DNA of 64,000 nt, taken from Convolutriloba macropyga. Its lineage: Eukaryota. Positions 10,301 to 23,510 of the stretch are shown in pieces. Within the stretch, counting starts at the first letter, position 1; the number at the start of each line of letters is the position of its first letter. The notes beneath the pieces are model-generated. The model ran no database searches, was not told the DNA's origin, and saw nothing but the letters and a program-made list of their open reading frames with translations. A program made the translations under genes and the position numbers. The stretch covers positions 20,150,001-20,214,000 of the forward strand of contig NC_134471.1 of the NCBI RefSeq assembly GCF_964194025.1, given 5' to 3'.

Positions 10301-13160
10301 TTATTAATCTATGTTATTATTTCTCCCGAATATCGGTGCTGCCGATTATCTCTCCCGAATCTATGTTAACCCATCAAAAAAATTTCAAATGAAAATCAAA
10401 AACGAAGTTCCCGTTCAGAACATTGAATTGAAAATTTTATCAACAAAGCCTGGACACAGTCCCCACAGAAATATCTCAACCAAACTTTATAAGCACAACA
10501 ACAATGACCATCAATAGCGTAGAAGAAGGCATTCTAGCAAGTATGCTTCTCGAAGACAATACGTTGTATTCAATGGCAGAAAAAAATTCATTTGATGAAC
10601 TCACTTTGGAATTTAAATTAGAGCCACTGGAAATTGCCGCTGAACAAACAACTGACCAGGATAATGCTGAGACGATACGATGGATTGAACAGAAAATAAA
10701 ACCCAACACAACTTATTCAGCGTATGATTCACAAAGATATCACAAGCAAATGAATAGAATTGTTCTTGTAAATCGCGTATTGTACAGAAAATTCCTTGAT
10801 CATACAGGAAAAGTAGTTGCAAAATAACTTGTACTACCGGAAACCTTAAGAGAGGGACTTCAATACCAAATACAAGATTCTAAGATCAAACGCCATTTGG
10901 GTATACAAAAAAACTATCACTGAGTTCCAAAGAAAAAATTACTTTCCTGGTTTCATTGAATTTCTGAGTGTATATTTCAACAACTGTTTATCTTCTCTTG
11001 CTTCAAAATCGCCTTTCCAAGTGACTGACTTCAAGTTGGTGTTGCTGGCCAATTACCAAAATCAGGTGGTTATTCCTTCGTGGTAACAGCAATGGATGTA
11101 TTTTCCAAATACCTGTTTGCCCAACCAATCACATTGCCCTCAGCTGAGGGTTTTACAAAAGTCTTAAAGAATTGATTTTTACAACAATCATATATTCCAC
11201 TGTCAATTTGAACTGATAAAAGATCAGCGTTCAAAATCAAACTCAGAAGTGAAGTATTCCGAATGCTTGAAGTAAAATGAAACCACGCATCTGTCAAACA
11301 CGCACAAACAATTGGTCTTTTGGAGCGAACGCATGGACCTCTGAAACGGTACTTGAAAATTTAAGAAAACACAGAAAACATGACTGGCATAAATACATTG
11401 ACTTGGCTGTTTTTCAACAAAACGCAATGTATCACACAGCCCTAGGAGTTTCACCTACTCTAATCTCTCAAAGGAGAGTACCATTGAAGCCAAATGATCT
11501 TCGATTCAAAAAATAGCTACCAGATCAAAATATGATTACGTAAGCGAAATCCAAACCAAAAAGATGGATCACTTTTCAGATGTGAAAGAACCCCTAGCAA
11601 CGTCTTTAAACGAAACTGCGAATACTATGACAGGAAAGCAAAAACTGTTCGGCTAAAACAACGACCAATATTGCACGCTTCTTCGTCCAAAAATTTCAAA
11701 TGAATATGACAAAAATGGAAACCTAGAATGCAAATGGGTAGGCGTACATAGGATAGAAAAAGTCCTCACAAAAAGCAACTATTTGAATCGAATAACAAAT
11801 ACAAATAATACTCAGATCGTCCACCCTGTACTCTTGAAACCATTTCAGTCACAATTCCAAATCGAAGATTCGCGAATAATTAGCAATGAAATTTTGCGAA
11901 GATCCAATGATTCCAGAGGCTTTGAAGGGGCCACAAATTTTTGACTCTTAAGTTGAGAAACTTATTTGTACACTAATTGATACAAGGAGTACAGCTCAAG
12001 TGAAACTTGGACTGATAGAAAAGAAACTTGATAAAAAAAAGAAGGAGAGCATACGGAAAGCATAAAAATTCCAAAACTTCATCAAATGAAGTAACAGAAA
12101 ACACAAATCCTAATATAAACTCAGCAGAGAGCCCATCATCTTATAAGACGCTGCCTCCATCTGTATAATCTGCAATTCAAAAAGACAGTGCTCAAGCCAT
12201 ATCCAGAATTAGCAGCGCACTGACAACAAAATATTCTGACCCGAAAACCCCGGTATAAAATCTTTGTAATTTTCTGAAAATCAAAAAAACAACAACAACA
12301 GCAACATATACAACAACAAGCTCATTAGCCTTCAACAAGCCCAACAGTTCTTCTGTCAGTTTTAGGACCACATGTATCTAATAAAATATCTCGTTATCGA
12401 AGACAACGAAAACAAACCCATTTCTATCAATCGGAAAAGTAAATATTTCTTTACTTCATATCATCATTGCTTCACCCTCATAACTATAAAAACTTATTAT
12501 AATCTTGACCTTCTCACCGTCATTTACCATAGCTGTTTTAATTTCCATTAGTTTTTTCGATCTCAAACCTTAATTGTTTTACCATTTGTTCATTGAAACA
12601 TTAGTACCATTATATATCAAGACGTTAGCCTAATATTGCATATACACACCGCGTGCTCCATACTATAGTGATTAGCTATGCAGACTACTGAGCACTGCTT
12701 CCATCAGTGCCTGAGGAAATAGTGATTCCTAAATTTTTAAACAAGTAGTCAAAAAAATTCATCCTATTGCCATTCATAATACATTGAGGAAAAAAATGTG
12801 AAAGTTATGCAAAAACAAAACCTTTTTAAAAACTCTAATTGCGAGATATTGACCAACTCATTGCCGGCTTTCGATTGATACATATTTCAATTACTCAACT
12901 CAATACAGAAAACAGGGGTAAATGACTTGAGATTCCATACCATATATTCTTTGACTGCATTTATTCAGTCTGCAGTTTTCATTTTGCGGCCATTTTGGAA
13001 TCAATTGCCCATGCATGACGAATGACTCAAGCTCTTACAAGCTTCCATGGCATGCTGAGCCACCACACAGACGAATGTTATTTTATTAGTGGAATAGCAA
13101 ATCCTCCACGAATGTTTCTTTATATGTTTTTGCCACTGTAGAGTAAGGTTAAAAATAATT

Positions 13161-13456
13161 TCACTTCCTTTTACTTTATTTTCTCACTTTCTTTTCTCAC
13201 TTTTTTTCTCACTTTCTTTTCTCTCTTTCTTTTCTCACTTTCTTTTTTCAGTTTCTTTTCTCACTTCCTTTTCTCACTTTTTTTTCTCACTTTCTTTTCT
13301 CACGTTCTTTTCTCACTTTCTTTTTTCAGTTTCTTTTCTCACTTTCTTTTCTCACTTTTTTTCTCACTTTCTTTTCTCACTTTCTTTTCTCACTTTCTTT
13401 TCTCACTTTCTTTTCTCGCTTTCTTTTCTCACTTTGTCTTTTCACTTTTCCTTTCT
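13161..13456. repeat. (TTTCTTTTCTCACT)n minisatellite at junction 2/3
   Basis: Same motif, longer array than at 10081-10300. Confidence 0.95.
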
Positions 13457-16322
13457 TTATTAATCTATGTTATTATTTCTCCCGAATATGGGCGCTGCCG
13501 ATTATCTCTCCCGAATCTATGTTAACCCATCAAAAAAATTTCAAATGAAAATCAAAAACGAAGTTCCCGCTCAGAACATTGAATTGAAAATTTATCAACA
13601 AAGCCTGGACACAGTCCCCTCAAAAATATCTCAAACAAACGTTATAAGCACAACAACAATGACCATCAATAGCGTAGAAGAAGGCATTCTAGCAAATATG
13701 CTTCTCGAAGACAATACGTTGTATTCAATGGCTGAAAAAAATTCAATTGATGAACTCAATTTGGATTTTAAATTAGAGTCACTAGAAATTCCCGCTGAAC
13801 AAACAACTGACATAGATAATGCTTAAGACGATACGATGGATTGAGAAACGACAGAAAATAAAACCCAACACAACTTATCCATCGTATGATTCACAAATAT
13901 ATCACAAGCAAATGAATAGAATTGTTCTTGTAAATCTTGTACTGTACAGAAAATTCATTGATCACACAAGAAAAGTAGTTGCAAAATAACTTGTACTACC
14001 GGAAACCTTAAGAGAGGGACTTCAATACCAAATACAAGATTCTAAGATCAAACGCCATTTGGGTATACAAAAAAACTATCACTGAGTTCCAAAGAAAAAA
14101 TTACTTTCCTGGTTTCATTGAATTTCTGAGTGTATATTTCAACAACTGTTTATCTTCTCTTGCTTCAAAATCGCCTTTCCAAGTGACTGACTTCAAGTTG
14201 GTGTTGCTGGCCAATTACCAAAATCAGGTGGTTATTCCTTCGTGGTAACAGCAATGGATGTATTTTCCAAATACCTGTTTGCCCAACCAATCACATTGCC
14301 CTCAGCTGAGGGTTTTACAAAAGTCTTAAAGAATTGATTTTTACAACAATCATATATTCCACTGTCAATTTGAACTGATAAAAGATCAGCGTTCAAAATC
14401 AAACTCAGAAGTGAAGTATTCCGAATGCTTGAAGTAAAATGAAACCACGCATCTGTCAAACACGCACAAACAATTGGTCTTTTGGAGCGAACGCATGGAC
14501 CTCTGAAACGGTACTTGAAAATTTAAGAAAACACAGAAAACATGACTGGCATAAATACATTGACTTGGCTGTTTTTCAACAAAACGCAATGTATCACACA
14601 GCCCTAGGAGTTTCACCTACTCTAATCTCTCAAAGGAGAGTACCATTGAAGCCAAATGATCTTCGATTCAAAAAATAGCTACCAGATCAAAATATGATTA
14701 CGTAAGCGAAATCCAAACCAAAAAGATGGATCACTTTTCAGATGTGAAAGAACCCCTAGCAACGTCTTTAAACGAAACTGCGAATACTATGTCAGGAAAG
14801 CAAAAACTGTTCGGCTAAAACAACGACCAATATTGCACGCTTCTTCGTCCAAAAATTTCAAATGAATATGACAAAAATGGAAACCTAGAATGCAAATGTG
14901 TAGGCGTACATAGGATAGAAAAAGTCCTCACAAAAAGCAACTATTTGAATCGAAAAACAAATACAAATAATACTCAGATCGTACACCCTGTACACTTGAA
15001 ACCATTTCAGTCACAATTCCAAATCGAAGATTCGCGAATAATTAGCAATGAAATTTTGCGAAGATCCAATGATTCCAGAGGCTTTGAAGGGGCCACAAAT
15101 TTTTGACTCTTAAGTTGAGAAACTTATTTGTACACTAATTGATAACAGGAGTACAGCTCAAGTGAAATTTGGACTGATAGAAAAGCAACTTGATATAAAA
15201 AAGAAGGAGAGCATACGGAAGGCATAAAAATTCAAAAACTTCATCAAATGAAGTAACAGAAAACACAAATCCTAATATAAACTCACCAGAAAGCCCATCA
15301 TCTTATAAGACGCTTCCTCCATCTGTATAATCTGCAATTCAAAAAGACAATGCTCAAGCCATATCCAGAATTAGCAGCGCACTGACAACAAAATATTCTG
15401 ACCCGAAAGCCCCGGTATAAGATCTTTGTAATTTTCTGAAAATCAAAAAAACAACAACAACAGCAACATATACAACAACAAGCTCATTAGCCTTCAACAA
15501 GCCCATCAGTTCTTCTGTCAGTTTTAGGACCACATGTATCTAATAAAAAATCTTGTTATCGAAGACAACGAAAACAAAGCCATTTCTATCAATCGGAAAA
15601 GTAAATATTACTTTACTTCATATCATCATTGCTTCACCCTCATAACTATAAAAACTTATTATAATCTTGACCTTCTCACCGTCATTTATCATAGCTGTTT
15701 TAATTTCCATCAGTTTTTTCGATCTCAAACCTTAATTGTTTTACCATTTGTTCATTGAAACATTAGTACCATTATATATCGAGACGTTAGCCTAATATTG
15801 CATATACACACCGCGTATTCCATACTATAGCGAGTAGCTATGCAGACTACTGAGCACTGCTTCCATCAGTGCCTGCGAAAATAGTGATGCCTAAATTTTC
15901 AAACAAGTAGTCAACGAAATTCATCCTATTGCCATTCTTAATACATTAAGGGAAAAAAATGTGAAAGTTATGCAAAAACAAAGCCTTTTTAAAAACTCTA
16001 ATTGCGAGATATTGACCAACTCATTGCCGGCTTTCGATTGATACATATTTCAATTACTCAACTCAATACAGAAAACAGGGGTAAATGACTTGAGATACCA
16101 TACCATATATTCATTGACTGCATTTATTTAGTCTGCAGTTTTCATTTTGCGGCCATTTTGGAATCAATTGCCCATGCATGACGAATGACTCAAGCTCTTA
16201 CAAGCTTCCATGGCATGCTGAGCCACCACACAGACGAATGTTATTTTATTAGTGGAATAACAAATCCTCCACGAATGTTTCTTTATATGTTTTTGCCACT
16301 GTAGAGTAAGGTTAAAAATAAT

Positions 16323-16618
16323 CTCACTTCCTTTTACTTTATTTTCTCACTTTCTTTTCTCACTTTTTTTCTCACTTTCTTTTCTCACTTTCTTTTCTCA
16401 CTTTCTTTTTTCAGTTTCTTTTCTCACTTTCTTTTCTAACTTTTTTTTCTCACTTTCTTTTCTCACGTTCCTTTCTCACTTGCTTTTTTCAGTTTCTTTT
16501 CTCACTTTCTTTTCTCACTGTTTTTTCGCTTTCTTTTCTCACTTTTTTTTCTCACTTTCTTTTCTCACTTTCTTTTCTCGCTTTCTTTTCTCACTTTGTC
16601 TTTTCACTTTTCCTTTCT
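16323..16618. repeat. (TTTCTTTTCTCACT)n minisatellite at junction 3/4
   Basis: Same motif and same flanks as the other two arrays. Confidence 0.95.
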
Positions 16619-19600
16619 TTGTTAATCTATGTTATTATTTCTCCCGAATATCGGCGCTGCCGATTATCTCTCCCGAATCTATGTTAACCCATCAAAAAAA
16701 TTTCAAATGAAAATCAAAAACGAAGTTCCCGTTCAGAACATTGAATTGAAAATTTTATCAACAAAGCCTGGACACAGTCCCCTCAGAAATATCTCAACCA
16801 AACTTTATAAGCACAACAACAATGACCATCAATAGCGTAGAAGAAGGCATTCTAGCAAATATGCTTCTCGAAGACAATACGTTGTATTCAATGGCTGAAA
16901 AAAATTCATTTGATGAACGCACTTTGGATTTTAAATTAGAGCCACTAGAAATTGCCGTTGAACAAACAACTGACCAGGATAATGCTGAGACGATACAATG
17001 GATTGAGAAACGAGGGACTTTAATACCGAATACAAAATTCTAAGATCAAAGGCCATTTGGGTATACAAAAAAACTATCACTGAGTTCCGTAGAAAATATT
17101 ACTTTCCTGGTTTTATTGAATTTCTGATTGTATATTTTAACAACTGTTTATCTTGTCTTGCTTCAAAATCGCCAAAACGTGAAATAGTTACACCGCCATT
17201 GAACCTGGTAAGCTTGATCACAAATTTTCCAAGTGACTGACTTCAAGTTGGTGTTGCTGGCCAATTACCAAAATCAGGTGGTTATTCCTTCGTGGTAACA
17301 GCAATGGATGTACTTTCCAAATACCTGTTTGCCCAACCAATCACATTGCCCTCAGCTGAGGGTATTACAAAAGTCTTACAGAATTGATTTTTACAACAAT
17401 CATATATTCCACTGTCAATTTGAACTGATAAAAGATCAGCGTTCAAAATCAAACTCAGAAGTGAAGTATTCCGAATGCTTGAGGTAAAATTAAACCACGC
17501 ATCTGTCAAACACGAACAAACAATTGGTCTTTTGGAGCGAACGCATGGACCTCTGAACTTGAAAATTTAAGAAAACACAGAAAAATGACTGGCATAAATA
17601 CATTGACTTGGCTGTTTTTCAACAAAACGCAATTTATCACACAGCCCTAGGAGTTTCACCTACTCTAATCTCTCAAAGGAGAGTACCATTGAAGCCAAAT
17701 AATCTTCGATTCAAAAAATAGCTACCAGATCAAAATATGATTACGTAAGCGAAATCCAAACCAAAAAGATGGATCACTTTTCAGATGTGAAAGAACCCCT
17801 AGCAACGTCTTTAAACGAATCTGCGAATACTATGACAGGAAAGCAAAAACTGTTTGGCTAAAACAACGACCAATATTGCACGCTTCTTCGTCCAAAAATT
17901 TCAAATGAATATGACAAAAATGGAAACCTAGAATGCAAATGTGTAGGCGTACATAGGATAGAAAAAGTCCTCACAAAAAGCAACTATTTGAATCGAAAAA
18001 CAAATACAAATAATACTCAGATCGTCCACCCTGTACACTTGAAACCATTTCAGTCACAATTCCAAATCGAAGATTCGCGAATAATTAGCAATGAAATTTT
18101 GCGAAGGTCCAATGATTCCAGAGGCTTTGAAGGGGCCACAAATTTTTGACTCTTGAGTTGAGAAACTTATTTGTACACTAATTGATAACAGGAGTACAGC
18201 TCAAGTGAAATTTGGACTGATAGAAAAGCAACTTGATATAAAAAAGAAGGAGAGCATACGGAAGGCATAAAAATTCCAAAACTTCATCAAATGAAGTAAC
18301 AGAAAACACAAATCCTAATATAAACTCACCAGAAAGCCCATCATCTTATAAGACGCTTCCTCCATCTGTATAATCTGCAATTCAAAAAGACAATGCTCAA
18401 GCCATATCCAGAATTAGCAGCGCACTGACAACAAAATATTCTGACCCGAAAGCCCCGGTATAAGATCTTTGTAATTTTCTGAAAATCAAAAAAACAACAA
18501 CAACAGCAACATATACAACAACAAGCTCATTAGCCTTCAACAAGCCCATCAGTTCTTCTGTCAGTTTTAGGACCACATGTATCTAATAAAATATCTTGTT
18601 ATCGAAGACAACGAAAAAAAACCCATTTCTATCAATCGGAAAAGTAAATATTACTTTACTTCATATCATCATTGCTTCACCCTCATAACTATAAAAACTT
18701 ATTATAATCTTGACCTTCTCACCTTCGTCATTTACCATAGCTGTTTTAATTTCCATTAGTTTTTTCGATCTCAAACCTTAATTGTTTTACCATTTGTTCA
18801 TTGAAACATTAGTACCATTATATATCGAGGCGTTAGCCTAATATTGCATATACACACCGCGTATTCCATACTATAGCGAGTAGCTATGCAGACTACTGAG
18901 CACTGCTTCCATCAGTGCCTGAGAAAATAGTGATGCCTAAATTTTCAAACAAGTAGTCAAAGAAATTCATCCTATTACCATTCTTAATACATTACGGGAA
19001 AAAATGTGAAAGTTATGCAAAAACAAAACCTTTTTTAAAAACTCTAATTGCGAGATGTTGACCAACTCATTGCCAGCTTTCGATTGATACATATTTCACT
19101 TACTCAACTTAATACAGAAAACAGGCGTAAATGACTTGAGATCCCTTATCTTATACGCTTTGACTGCAGATGTATAGTCTGCAGTTTTCATTTTGGAATC
19201 AATTGCTCCATGCATGACGAATGACTCAAGCCCTTATAAGCTTCTATGGCATGCTGAGCCGCCACACAGACGAATGTTATTTTATTAGGAGAATTACAAA
19301 CCCTCCACGATGGTTTCTTTATATGTTTTTGCCAGTGTAGATTAGTGTTAAAAATAAAGAACATTATTTTTACCCTTGTTCTACAGCTTGCTTTTCTAGA
19401 TACATATTGCGTTGATTTGGCAAATTAAAGCTTTGCTTTCTTCTTTTACTTGCTCCAAGATAACCGTTTTTCAGGCCACGTTTAGAATAATTACTTGTTG
19501 TATAGATTACTCCAGACTCAATGAAAGCATGCAAATGTTCAGTAAGACCACTGACTTCAACACCTCGGGATTTATCAATTGACTTGCTTACTAAAAGGGA

Positions 19601-21419
19601 GCCTTGAATGAAAGCCTAACTTAACAAAGATTTAAATCCTTCATGAGGCATGCCACTGCCATAACTTCGCAATGAACGTTGAACTCGAAGCGAATTAATA
19701 TTAGAAGCTCTCCAAACCCATCACATGGAAACACCAGCTGTTAAAGTATAAGAGCATGCGCAGAAGGACTAAGTTGGAACAAAATTATTTCTGGCTCGGG
19801 AATATGAAACTTCACAGCCTGATTTTCCTGGTCAGTTTGCACCGCACTCGGTAAGTTTCATAAAATCTTCAACAAATCAAAATCTTTATTCAAAGTGGAG
19901 TAGTGCAAACCTGGAGTACATATGATTTTTTATTCTATTTAAAGTAACGGAAATAGAATATTCTCCTCCAGTCCACCATCAGTCCACCACGCATTAAATT
20001 GAACAATCGTATAACATTTTCATTTCTTTAAAGATTGTGGAATTTGAATATGCATTCGGACATTCCAACGGGCCATATAAATTCGAGATTCTCTTTCTTT
20101 AGATCTACATTAAGAGAGAAGATAAAAATAATTGTCTGCTTATTTTCGAAAATCTAATGAATTCTCAACATTATCAAGAAAAATTATAAAATTTGCTAAT
20201 GACAACAAATTATGTTTTCGCACCACAATTGGTAGTTTTACCCAGTTGCTAAAGACGTTGCTTGCATAGCCTGATAAGGATATTAGATTTACCGCTTACA
20301 ACCACGTTTTTGCTCCATTTTGGTCAACAACTCTTACCGATTGCCACCCAAGTTATTTAACTTTTCTGGATTACGATAATCTGGGTTAATCTGAATTTTT
20401 CTATACGATCATGAATAGCAAAAAGGTTAACATTTGGCCTTAATTGATGTCTTGCATCTTTAAAAAAAATTATCTCTTACTCATTTCAATTATAACTAGA
20501 AAATTAATTGAAAAAGAAATTAATGTTGCAATTAATTGTCACGGTAGGTTGAAACAACAAAAGCTATTCCGCAAGGCCACAGACAAACACATAAGGCCGA
20601 GCAAACCAGCACAATACAAATAATACCGGACCAATGGGGGCCACTACCAACTTCAAGGCCACCATTGCAGGGATACATCATTCTTGGCACATTGTAGACA
20701 ATCGAGTCACCTTCTTACAACACAGTGCGATCTCTGCAGCACAATAAATTATTGTCACTGTCCAACTGAATAATTTTAAAAGGCGCAACCAAGGCAAGAA
20801 GAAGCAGAAAGTAAACGCTCATGATTCAACCTTGAAAAATACATTACCTGATTATCCGGTGAATTTATCATTTCAAACATTACATTTGAAGAGCTGAAAA
20901 GAACTAAAACAAATATTTTCTTTCATTTGACAAAATAAATTTAATAAGCCTCTTTAAGTAAACTTTACTTAAACTTTATTACATTGACGTCAACCGACAG
21001 TCAGCACCAAAAAAGATGCGACATCAATTCTCAGCTTCATTTATGATAAACAGCCTGCAGCGAAATTTTATTAAAGCACTTGAATTACTTTTAAAAAAAT
21101 TACCACCAAAATTTAATTCTTCTTGAAGCTATGTTTATTAAACAAAGAGTCTGTAAAGTCTCGCCGCTTCACCTTTAAAAAGTTCAAACTTTGTAGGAGG
21201 ACCAGATTTTGTATATTTTCATTCTGGAGGTTATTATTATAATTTTTTTTATCTCACGTTTTCTACAGGTTGCTCAATGTAGCTTTTTCTGGCCGACTTG
21301 ATTGCGGTGTAAGCCCCATAACAAAAAAGATTTTGACCTAGATCACCTTCCTATATGTTGTCTGAATCAAGTACAAACTTGACAATTCCAATTAATTTCA
21401 ACAGCAAATACCTATCATA

Positions 21420-23510
21420 ATGAAAATACACAAAAATCTTGCAATCCTGGCAATGATTATTTTTTGTTTACTTTAAAAATTGACAGAAAAACTTTCTAAC
21501 GATGCAATTAAATTCGTCTATCAACAAAAAATTCTCTTTGTTGTAAAATTTACAACAATTGAGTTCTTGGTTCCATGTCTACAACTACCGCCAAGTATTG
21601 ATATAAATTTAGAAAATCTATTTAACCTTATTGAATCTTCTTGGCGCACATACAAAGTTGGATGTAATCTGAGCCATATTAAAACTGATGAAGACAGTTT
21701 TGATTCCGGTTATTTAACCGAATATGTAGAACAGCAATTACATTTCGCTCAGATCTATTTGATAAACTTAAGACAAGAAATCTCATAAACACTTGCAACA
21801 AAAATGACAAATGCCAGACAATAACGAGGTGTACCGTTGATTGCCGATATCAGCTATTACCGCAGAAGCGAGGGTAGCTTGTGCAGTGGGTAGAATTTAT
21901 TTGGAGACTGCGGTGACTCAAGCCAAAATCGAGAGGATATCGATTTTGCCATAAGAAAACTAGATGAAGACGATGAACAGTGGACAGAAGTCAAATCCAA
22001 TCGAGAAGAAAAATTCTTTATTTTGGAATCAGAACTGAAAGAAGTGAAGCAAACGGAGAAACAAATTGCTCAAACGCACGAAAAACACTCAAAGATACTC
22101 AACAGAGCCATTAGATTATAGAGTCAAACTCTCGCAAATTGATAGCGAGTATTTTTACAGTATTTTTATGCTCATAATCACAGACTAAACCTTCAAATTA
22201 ATTTGGCAAGCTCTCTCATTGCGCTTAAAAACAAAATAAATTACAATAGAATTGCAACACAAGCAAAACCATTTGAATATCTTGAATGCCGTTATGACAA
22301 CGGTTAACAAACTAATCCCGTTGAGTTTGTTAGCTAAACAAATCCTGAATTCATTTGTTCAAAAGCAAATTACGTCAAACGAAAAGTTGTTATTGGCAAT
22401 CCCACCAACACAGATATTGACTTCTTATTAAACAAAACTCTTAATGAATGTCGTTCCTGAGGAAAACGGGATGATCTTCCGACTTGCTATACCATTCGCT
22501 TCTGGCTCTAGTGCCTTAAGATTGTATAGGACAATTTCGAGCTCCATGCCGACAAATGATTCTGATAGCTATGCATCACAATAAGAGACAGAGAGAGATT
22601 TTATTTCGATTGCTGAATCAAGGAGAAGAATTCTGTTACTTCACAGCATGAAATAGAGAATTGTGATGACTCCAGTAATTTTTCGGTCTGTTCTAAAATT
22701 TTTTGCTCTTGTCTTGGCAGAAAACACTTGTCTTGGTGCTCTTCTTTCAGGAAATTAGTTCACTGCTTTACAAAGTTGCGACAATAACACAGTTAGGTTG
22801 TCTGACAAAGAAAATGCACGAAATCTAGGAACCGGAAATTGGCGCATAACTTCTGCTTCTGCGCAGTTTTCTATGTTTCTGAGGGAAGTGAAGAACAATG
22901 ATCCTCTCAGATGAAAGAAACGTCCAGGATATAAAGCTTGTGTGCTTGAACTTGATGCAGAATGAAAGTTGAAACAAGATTTATGGAAAACAGAGCAGAT
23001 ATCTTTTCCTGCAGAAAGAACAGTGAAACTCAACTGGAAGTAAATTTGACAGAACCTCTGCAATATCTCTTTTCGAAAATACAATCACATAGCGAAATGC
23101 TTCATTTTGCAACGGTAACGCAAGCGCTGCAACAAATGATTGAGAGAATTCAGTTAGAGATGACGACCTTGCCCGACTACCACGTGAAATCGTTTGATGA
23201 ACTTCACGAACTAACAAAGCCAATATTAATTAACATGAGAACCATACGTCCAAGAAAAAGATTTACCGCTACAACAACTTGGCAGTTAACTATTATTTTC
23301 GGAGTCATTTTTATCATGATATCGAACCTTCTCCAATTTGCAGGTGAATATTTATGGAATCGGTAAGAAAAACCACACACGCTGACAGTTTTTTATTGGA
23401 AAGAAAGAGATACAATTCAAACCAGTGATCGTCCTCTTTGATGGAGATATGCAACTCTCACGGGTTCAATCTGAAATGGAGCTAATGAGAAATAATTATG
23501 TTTTAAGTGA
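21420..23510 (+). pseudogene. env-like (class I / F-type fusion glycoprotein) pseudogene of the Gypsy element
   Basis: Signal peptide MKIHKNLAILAMIIFCLL at 21420. Decayed furin site RQ*R (21816-21827) followed by GVPLIA. Heptad-like helix (ILESELKEVKQTEKQIAQ), then IPLSLL...LAIP...FRLAIP...LRLYR, Cys-containing segments and a C-terminal TM (WQLTIIFGVIFIMISNLL). Same strand as, and downstream of, pol. Confidence 0.75.

Larger units (their letters stand above)
7480..19357 (+). repeat. Four-copy tandem amplification (units of about 2.7-3.2 kb) of the Gypsy integrase and downstream region
   Basis: Units start at gg(c/t)gctgccgattatctctcccgaatc at 7480, 10335, 13491 and 16653. Homologous ORFs recur (9293/15534/18577; 11070/14232/17282). 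The last unit runs on into unique element sequence after 19357. Confidence 0.95.

Noticed and set aside
10081-16618. Short repeat arrays as CRISPR or telomeric repeats
   Set aside because: Contiguous 13-14-bp tandem units with no unique spacers and no cas genes, in a eukaryotic context; the motif is not a TTAGGG-type repeat.
7480-19357. Repeated units as LTRs or independent retrotransposon insertions
   Set aside because: Units begin inside pol, have no TG..CA ends or TSDs, and share one junction, which indicates tandem amplification.
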